Assembly: GCA_964016885.1 (NCBI GenBank)
Contig: OZ024750.1
Span: 48,050,001-48,114,000, forward strand
Source: Eledone cirrhosa
Lineage: Eukaryota
Direction of reading: 5' to 3'
Length of the DNA stretch: 64,000 bases
Positions 56,209 to 64,000 of this stretch are shown piece after piece. The notes under the pieces were generated by a model that did not search any database, was not told where the DNA came from, and worked only from the letters and a program-made list of their open reading frames with translations. Within the stretch, counting starts at the first letter, position 1, and every line of letters starts with the position of its first letter. Made by a program: the position numbers and the translations under genes.

Positions 56209-57768
56209 CTCTCCTTCTATTGCACTCTCCTGTCGAATGGGCAGACCACATCCACAATCAGGCACGATCTTTTTTCCTTGTCCAAAACCACAAGGTCAGG
56301 TCTATTGTGTTCCAGTTTCTTTTCCGTCTGTATCCTAAAATCCCACAGCACCTTCACCTGATCGTTTTCTATCACCGCCTCTGGCTTATGCTCATACCAC
56401 TTCTCAGAATGTGGTAAATTGTTTACTTTGCATAGGTGCCAGTGGATCACCCTGCCCATCACATCATGTCTCCAGCTTTTATAGTGAGTCTGGGCTAGGT
56501 GTTTACACTACGATACAATGTGAGCCATAGTCTCCTCGCTCCCTCCACATATCCTACACAGTCGGCTAGCCTCCTCATTGTAAATATGGTGTTTCAGCCA
56601 CTTCGTCTTGAGGGACTGCTCTTGCGCAGCCATTAGCATTCCTTCTGTAGCTTTTTTAAGGTCTCCTCTTTTCAACCAGTTCCATGTCTGTGGATCTCTG
56701 AATTCCGTTTTCTCAAAGAAGGTACTATGAAGGGATTTTTCATGAAGGTTGCTCTTCCTCCTCGTTGTTATTTCCTCCTTGGACATCCCCTGGTCATTGT
56801 CCTCTCCTTCAGTACAATTCTGAGCATTGGCTCCTTAATATCGGTCACGTATTTGTGTAGGTTGTTTTTCTCCATCTGAACACAGTCCTCTATGCTGATA
56901 AGACCTCTTCCACCTTCAGATCTCCTTAAGTAGAATCTATCGACATCACTCCTCTTGTGGAACATGTAGATAGTCAATAGCTTCCTAGTCTTCCTATCCA
57001 TTTCTTTTTGTTCAGCAACATTCCATCTCAGAATTCCCGCACTCTACCTAATAATAGACACAGCTCGGGAATTTACTGCACTTATGGCATTCCTACTGTT
57101 CAGATGTGACTTTAATACGCTCCGTACTTTCGAATGTATTCAGATCTTATCAATTCCTTCATTTTGTTTGTTATTGATGTCATCAGCCTCCAGAATACCC
57201 AAATACTTGTATCCTTCTTCAGTGTCAATTTCATTTATCATCTCACCTGTTGGTACCTGGATTCCGTTGCTTCTCCTCAATTTACCCCTCTTCCTCACAC
57301 GGACTCTACACCTACTAATTACAAATTGCATACATATATCATTGCTGAAAATACGGACAGTGTCAACAAGCACATCCAACTCCTTCTCACTCTTCCCGAC
57401 GAGCTTAAGATCGTCCATGAGGGGGAGATGATTGATGGTAAGCTCTCCCTTTCCCAACGTGTATCCTGCTCTCACTGTTCTTAGTATAATGGCCAGGGGC
57501 ATCAGGGCAAGGACAAACAACAGAGGGGACAGACTATCTCCCTGGAAGATACCTCTCTTGATCTTCACGCCTCCCAAGGATTCTCCAGCTGATGTTAACT
57601 CGGTTTTCCAGGACTTCATACTTTTGCTCAACAAGTGTCTGATGTTATCTGCCACCTTGAAGATCTTTAGGCTTTTGGTGATCCAAGAATGAGGCACCAT
57701 GTCAAATGCCTTTTTGTAGTCTATCCATCCCATGGCAAGACCAGTGTGTCTCCTCTTACAATTTCTCA
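56209..57768 (-). mobile_element. truncated R4/Dong LINE copy
   Basis: WIDYKKAFDMVPH, GIFQGDSLSP, LMDD, CRIC..H zinc knuckle and RPDLVVLD..IVDV (RLE). Frameshifted. Confidence 0.92.
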
Positions 57769-59040
57769 TTTTTATTATTAATATCATTATTATTATTATT
57801 ATTATTATAATTATTATTATTATTGTTATTACTCTTTGAGTCTCAGTCATTGATGTTAGTTAACTGGAAAGTTTGTTGAAATGAATATCAAGCCACTACC
57901 TGCAGCCTCAAATATTCAGGACGTATCGGAAGGTTCTTGCTGTTCCCAGCAAGCATGCCTTTTGAAGCGTTCCAAAAAGTGTGAAGGGGCCAATTTTCTT
58001 TAACCAAACCTGGAAACTTGTTTTAAATAGTCCCTAGTGCGCCTATGACAATCGGGATCACTTTGACTTCATGGCAGTTCCAAATCCTTTTTACCTCCCA
58101 CTTTAAGTCCTGATATCGGTTAATTTTCTCCCTCTCCTTCTCTTGCACTCTCGTGTCGAATGGGCAGGCCACATCCACAATCAGGCACGATCTTTTTTCT
58201 TTGTCCAAAACCACCAGGTCAGGTCTATTGATGTTCCAGTTTCTTTTACGTCTGTATCCTAAAATCCCACAGCACCTTCACCTGATCGTTTTCTATCACC
58301 GCCTCTGGCTTATGCTCATACCACTTCTCAGAATGTGGTAAATTGTTTACTTTGCATAGATGCCAGTGGATCACCCTGCCCATCACATCATGTCCTCAGC
58401 CCTTATAGTGAGTCTGGGCTAGGTGTTTACACTCGGATACAAGGTGAGCCACAGTCTCCTCTCTCTCTCCACAGATGCTGCCCAGTGGACTAGCCTCCTC
58501 CTTGTAAATGTGGTCTTTCAACCACTTCGTTTTGAGGGCCTGCTCCTACGCAGCCATTAGCATTCACTCTGTAGCCTCTTTAAGGTCTCCTCTTTTCAAC
58601 CAGTTCCATGTCTGTGGATCTCTAAATTCAGTTTTCTCAAAGAAGGTACTATGAAGGGATGTTTCCTGAAGGCTGCTCTTTCTCCTTGATGTTATTTCCT
58701 CCTTGGACATGCCCTGGTATATTGTCCCCTCCTTCAGTACAGTTCTGAGCATTGGCTCCTTACTATCAGTCACGTATTTGTGTAGGTTGTTTTTCTCCAT
58801 CTGAACACAGTTCTCTATGCTGATAAGACCTCTTCCACCTTCACATCTCCTTAAGTAGGGTCTATCGACATAACTCCTCTTGTGGAACATATTGTAGATA
58901 GTCAATAGCTTCCTAGTCTTCCTATCCATTTCTTTTTGTTCAGCAACATTCCATCTCAGAATTCCCGCACTGTACATAATAATAGACACAGCTCGGGAAT
59001 TTACTGCACTTATGGCATTCCTACTGTTCAGATGTGACTT

Positions 59041-60630
59041 TTATACGCTCCTTACTCTCCGAAGGTATTTAGTTCTTATCAATTCCTTCATTTTTTTGTT
59101 CTTGATGTCATCAGCCTCCAGAACGCCCAAATACTTGTATCCTTCCTCAGAGTCAATTTCCTTTATCATCTCACCTGTTGGTATCTGGATTCCGTTACTT
59201 CTGCTCAACTTACCCCCCCTCATCACAATGACTCCACACTTACTAATACCAAATTGCATCCATATATCAATGCTGAAAATAGGGACAGTGTCAACAAACA
59301 CATGCAACTCCTTCTCACTCTTCTCGAAGAGCTTAAGATCGTCCATGACAAGGAGGTGATTGATGGTAAGCTTTCCCTTTCCCAACTTGTATCCTGCTCT
59401 CACTTTTCTCAGTATAATGGTCAGGGGCATCAGGGCAAGGACAAACAACAGAGAGGACAGTATATCTCCCTGGAAGATACCTCTCTTGATCTTCACGTCT
59501 CCCAAGGATTCTCCAGCTGATGTTAACTCGGTTTTCCAGGACTTCATGCTTTTGCTCAACAAGTGTCTGATGTTATCTGCCACCTTGAAGATCTCCAGGC
59601 TTTTGGTGACCCAAGAATGAGGCACCATGTCAAATGCCTTTTTGTAGTCTATCCATCTCATGGCAAGACCAGTGTGTCTCCTCTTGCAATTCCTCATTAC
59701 CATCTTATCAATAAGTAACTGGTCCTTTGTACCACGTGACTTCTTTCGGCATCCTTTCTGTTCGTCCGGTAACAAGTTGTTTGTGTGGAGGTGATGGTTG
59801 ATTTCCTCAGACATAATGCTTGTCAACAGTTTCCACATTACGGACAGACATGTGATAGGTCTATAGTTGGTAAAATCATTACCCTTGATTCGGTCTTTCA
59901 TTATCAGAACTGTGGTATCGTTTGTCAACCACTCTGGTACCTCACCTGACATCAAGCAGTCATTGAACATGGTTGTCAGTTTCGGGTGGAGGGATGTTAT
60001 GTTTTTAATCCAATATCCCTGCACACCATCTGGGCCAGGTGATTTCCAGTTGGTTAGTTTTTTGGCCTGCCCCTTAAGAGTTTCAACTGTGATACTCAAA
60101 TCTGTCTGTTGGTGTGCCTGTTCACTGATCTCCTTCTGTACTGTCTCAATCCACACTGCCTGGTCATTATGTTTAACACCCTGCTCCCATATTCCTCTCC
60201 AGAATGTTTTAGTTTGTTCCGCCTCAGGGATCAAGTCGTTGCCTCTTTCTTTCCCTTCAAGCTGTCCAAACAGCATCTTCTGCTTTTTGTCGAACATGCG
60301 GTTCTGTCTATACTGACTGACTCTGTTCTCGTATCGCCTTATTTTTGCACTCTTTGCTACAATACGTTGCTTCAGTTCCTCTATGATAATATTTAGCTTT
60401 TTCCTCCTAGTTTTGTACTTTATTTCCAGTCTATTTTTAGTGTCTATGATTTTTAGTGTCCCATTCAGTAGAGACTCAAGCTTTCCAATGTCATTTCTCA
60501 TTTCCCTGATTTGACCACTCAGTCGTTTCTTCCACCAAGGCTCTGCTCTTTCTTGTCTGTTGTTTCCTCTCGCTTTTATACCAAGTAGTTTCTTCACCGT
60601 ATTTGCTGTTGCTTGAGGATATTGTTGCAC
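59041..60630 (-). CDS. R4/Dong reverse transcriptase (interrupted ORF segment)
   Basis: WKSPGPDG, NYRPITCL, EQKG, IDYKKAFD, QGD, VMDD and YKYLGV. Confidence 0.9.
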   Translation of the reverse strand: MQQYPQATANTVKKLLGIKARGNNRQERAEPWWKKRLSGQIREMRNDIGKLESLLNGTLKIIDTKNRLEIKYKTRRKKLNIIIEELKQRIVAKSAKIRRYENRVSQYRQNRMFDKKQKMLFGQLEGKERGNDLIPEAEQTKTFWRGIWEQGVKHNDQAVWIETVQKEISEQAHQQTDLSITVETLKGQAKKLTNWKSPGPDGVQGYWIKNITSLHPKLTTMFNDCLMSGEVPEWLTNDTTVLIMKDRIKGNDFTNYRPITCLSVMWKLLTSIMSEEINHHLHTNNLLPDEQKGCRKKSRGTKDQLLIDKMVMRNCKRRHTGLAMRWIDYKKAFDMVPHSWVTKSLEIFKVADNIRHLLSKSMKSWKTELTSAGESLGDVKIKRGIFQGDILSSLLFVLALMPLTIILRKVRAGYKLGKGKLTINHLLVMDDLKLFEKSEKELHVFVDTVPIFSIDIWMQFGISKCGVIVMRGGKLSRSNGIQIPTGEMIKEIDSEEGYKYLGVLEADDIKNKKMKELIRTKYLRRVRSV

Positions 60631-61241
60631 TGGTGAAGGCTCCTCGCCTCAAGGTATGGGATGACTTTTTTAACCTTAGCTGTTGTTTCTTTTAACTTTT
60701 TCCTGTCTACAAATCTTAGGTTCATAGCTCTCCCACTATCATTGTTCAATTCATCTACCACTAAGTTTAAGCTATCAACCAAATATTGTCCTAGCCCGTC
60801 AGCATTCATCTCCTCAGTGGCCGTATCTCTGTTCCAGGTATTATTTATCTCAGCATTCAGATCATTGTCTGCTTCGAGTGGTTCCTCCGTTCTCTCGACC
60901 TCTTCACCTTCATTTCCCACTGGCTCGTTTGCCTGGCATACTCCACCCTCCATCTCCAAGCTAATCTCTCTGCTCAGTTCCTCCAGTTCCAGCTCGCTTA
61001 TCCACCCATTAGTTCTTATTACCCGAGCCTGCTCGGCCAGTTTTTGTTCATCTAATTTAAATGTACCTATCTCGATCCAGATGTTATGCATCCTTTTCCT
61101 ATAGCCATTCTCCTTGGGGTTACTCTTCAGGTAACATTGCATAACAGTTCTATTCAATTCTTTCGTCCAGATGGTTCTGGTCCCTTTCCTTCTTCTTCTT
61201 CCTCCGACACCAGCAGTATTTGGTTGACAGCCAGGGAGCAC
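60594..61241 (-). CDS. R4/Dong N-terminal (Myb-like) segment, frameshifted from the RT
   Basis: WTKELNRTVMQCYLKSNPKENGYRKRMHNIW...EQKLAEQARVI...SELELEEL. Confidence 0.75.
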   Translation of the reverse strand: MLPGCQPNTAGVGGRRRRKGTRTIWTKELNRTVMQCYLKSNPKENGYRKRMHNIWIEIGTFKLDEQKLAEQARVIRTNGWISELELEELSREISLEMEGGVCQANEPVGNEGEEVERTEEPLEADNDLNAEINNTWNRDTATEEMNADGLGQYLVDSLNLVVDELNNDSGRAMNLRFVDRKKLKETTAKVKKVIPYLEARSLHQCNNILKQQQIR

Positions 61242-61835
61242 CTGTTGGGTGAGAGTCTGTCACATGACATTCTAGTCTCCATTTCACCGTTATTCGAACT
61301 GTTTAAGTTCAACATTTAAACACTCTTATCGAGGATTGGCGAATGTATGGTTACATAACCACCGGTGAATTACTTGTCTCCGGTGGTTTCGCCACTCCAC
61401 GTGACTTTTGTGTGGCATTATCACGCTGTAGACAAACCCAAATAAACAAACAAACAAACAGGCAGAAAAAACCCCAAAGATGAATAAGCATAAGTTTCAT
61501 TGTAATGTAATGTTTGAATGTCTGACTTAGTTTTTACCTTCCCTTCTCTGTCCGTCCGTTTGTTTTTCTCTTCATTTTTATTTCCTTTACGTTTTTCGTT
61601 GTTACTGTGCTGCTTTTATTTATTTTTATTTTTTTTATTTTAGTGAGAATTCTACAATGTAGCAGGGGCTAGCGGGAGAGAATAGCGGCGGTAGTGACAA
61701 TGAGGCAGCGGCGGCGGCGGCGGTGGCGGTGCTGTGCCAGCAGCAACTAGCAGGAGGTAGTGGGAGAGAATAGCTGCGGTAGCGATGAGGCAGCGGCGGT
61801 GGCGATTATTATTATAATTATTATTATTGTTGTTA

Positions 61836-62072
61836 TTCCTTGATTCTCAGTCATTGATGTTGGTTAACTGGAAAGTCCGTTGGAATGAATATCAAGCCAC
61901 TACCTGCAGCCTCAGATATTCAGGACGTATCGGAGGGTTCTTGCTGTTCCAAGCAAGCATGCCTTTTGAAGCGTTCCAAAAAGCGTGAAGGGGCCGATTT
62001 TCTTTAACCATCCCTGGAAACTTTTGGAGATAGTCCCCAGTGCGCCTATGACAATCGGGATCACTTTGATCA
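61836..62072 (-). mobile_element. R4/Dong 3'-end fragment
   Basis: [12 protein letters not shown]...[17 protein letters not shown] plus the same 3' UTR as 57830-57900. Confidence 0.9.
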
Positions 62073-62098
62073 CCATTAATATACATACACACATACAT

Positions 62099-62900
<802 letters not shown>

Positions 62901-62903
62901 ATA

Positions 62904-63018
<115 letters not shown>

Positions 63019-63087
63019 GTTAAGACAATGACATAAAAAATCATACTAGACCCCACAACTTACCGTGGATATCTGTGTGAGTATATA

Positions 63088-63210
<123 letters not shown>

Positions 63211-63215
63211 ACACC

Positions 63216-63247
<32 letters not shown>

Positions 63248-63543
63248 CATATAAAGATGGCATAGATATACAATACAATAGGAGGAACATAATAGTACCA
63301 CTGATGATATTTCAGATGTGCAACGGAAGAACTTTGAATAACTATAGTAGACTATATATATGTGTTTATATCTATTATATATATGTATTTTTGACTGTTG
63401 GTCAGTCAATGGTGAACATTGAGGACCGGATGAACTAACTGTGGTTATATAAAAGATACAGAAGCGAAAACCAAGCAAACATACAATGTTTTATGTTATT
63501 ATTTCTGGCAATATTATTACAACAATATGATCCTCCCCAAGTA

Positions 63544-63610
<67 letters not shown>

Positions 63611-63616
<6 letters not shown>

Positions 63617-63858
63617 TAATAAAATAATGAATAAACAAAGAAACAGTTCCTTATATTAAAAAAAATCATTTTTTTAATATAAGGAACTCTTTCTTTGTTT
63701 ATTCATTATTTTATTAATTTATCTTGACTCTGTTTTCCGTTTATTTTTCACCGAAAGTAGTTTTTGAATGCATCTTCTCCTTTCATGATATCCGGATTAC
63801 ATTGAGTTCTTCATACGGATTGGACACTACCGTAAACTGTTGGTAGATTTATCTACAT
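63611..63858 (+). mobile_element. shorter family D fold-back plus tail, opposite orientation
   Basis: Hairpin at 63611-63722. 63723-63858 is the reverse complement of 62343-62478. Confidence 0.88.
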
Positions 63859-64000
63859 ATATATGTGTGTGTGTGGCGACGTGGTTAGTCAGACTAGTCA
63901 CTACTTCTGATCAGATCCGAGAATAGCCCTTAGAAGGACTGTTATCGCATACGGCCTGATCAGATCTTAAGATAGCACTTAAAAGGACTGTTGTCTCATA

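Larger units (their letters stand above)
57830..61803 (-). mobile_element. near full-length R4/Dong LINE between (TAA)n tracts
   Basis: N-terminal WTKELN..VMQCY..GYRKRMHNIW, RT, RHD and PD..D..K restriction-like endonuclease. Several frameshifts. (ATT)n at 57769-57829 and 61805-61835. Confidence 0.93.

Noticed and set aside
57770-57850. Poly-Ile leader of ORF 57140-57850
   Set aside because: It is read-through of the (TAA)n junction between two Dong copies.
59012-61104. Plus-strand ORFs over the Dong element
   Set aside because: They are antisense shadows of the RT ORF.

Overview
AT-rich, microsatellite-dense animal genomic DNA. The SINE family, the (TA)n load and the retroelement mix suggest a coleoid cephalopod such as octopus, which is an inference. 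No host protein-coding gene can be identified with confidence, and most ORF-track entries are (TA)n translation artefacts. The window is dominated by retroelements: a young 5'-truncated Penelope-like element (PLE) with RT plus GIY-YIG (34.9-37.5 kb), two further PLE relics, a head-to-tail array of R4/Dong LINEs in (TAA)n, a decayed RTE LINE, a CR1-like fragment and about 12 copies of a tRNA-derived SINE. The most striking structure is about 24 fold-back micro-elements of the form (TA)n-inverted arm-direct arm-unique tail-(TA)n, from more than 10 sequence families. Many carry hammerhead ribozyme (HHR) motifs, and two families trace to PLE 3' ends inside this window. One such unit contains a full-length U6 snRNA in its inverted arm, an apparent U6-PLE chimera.
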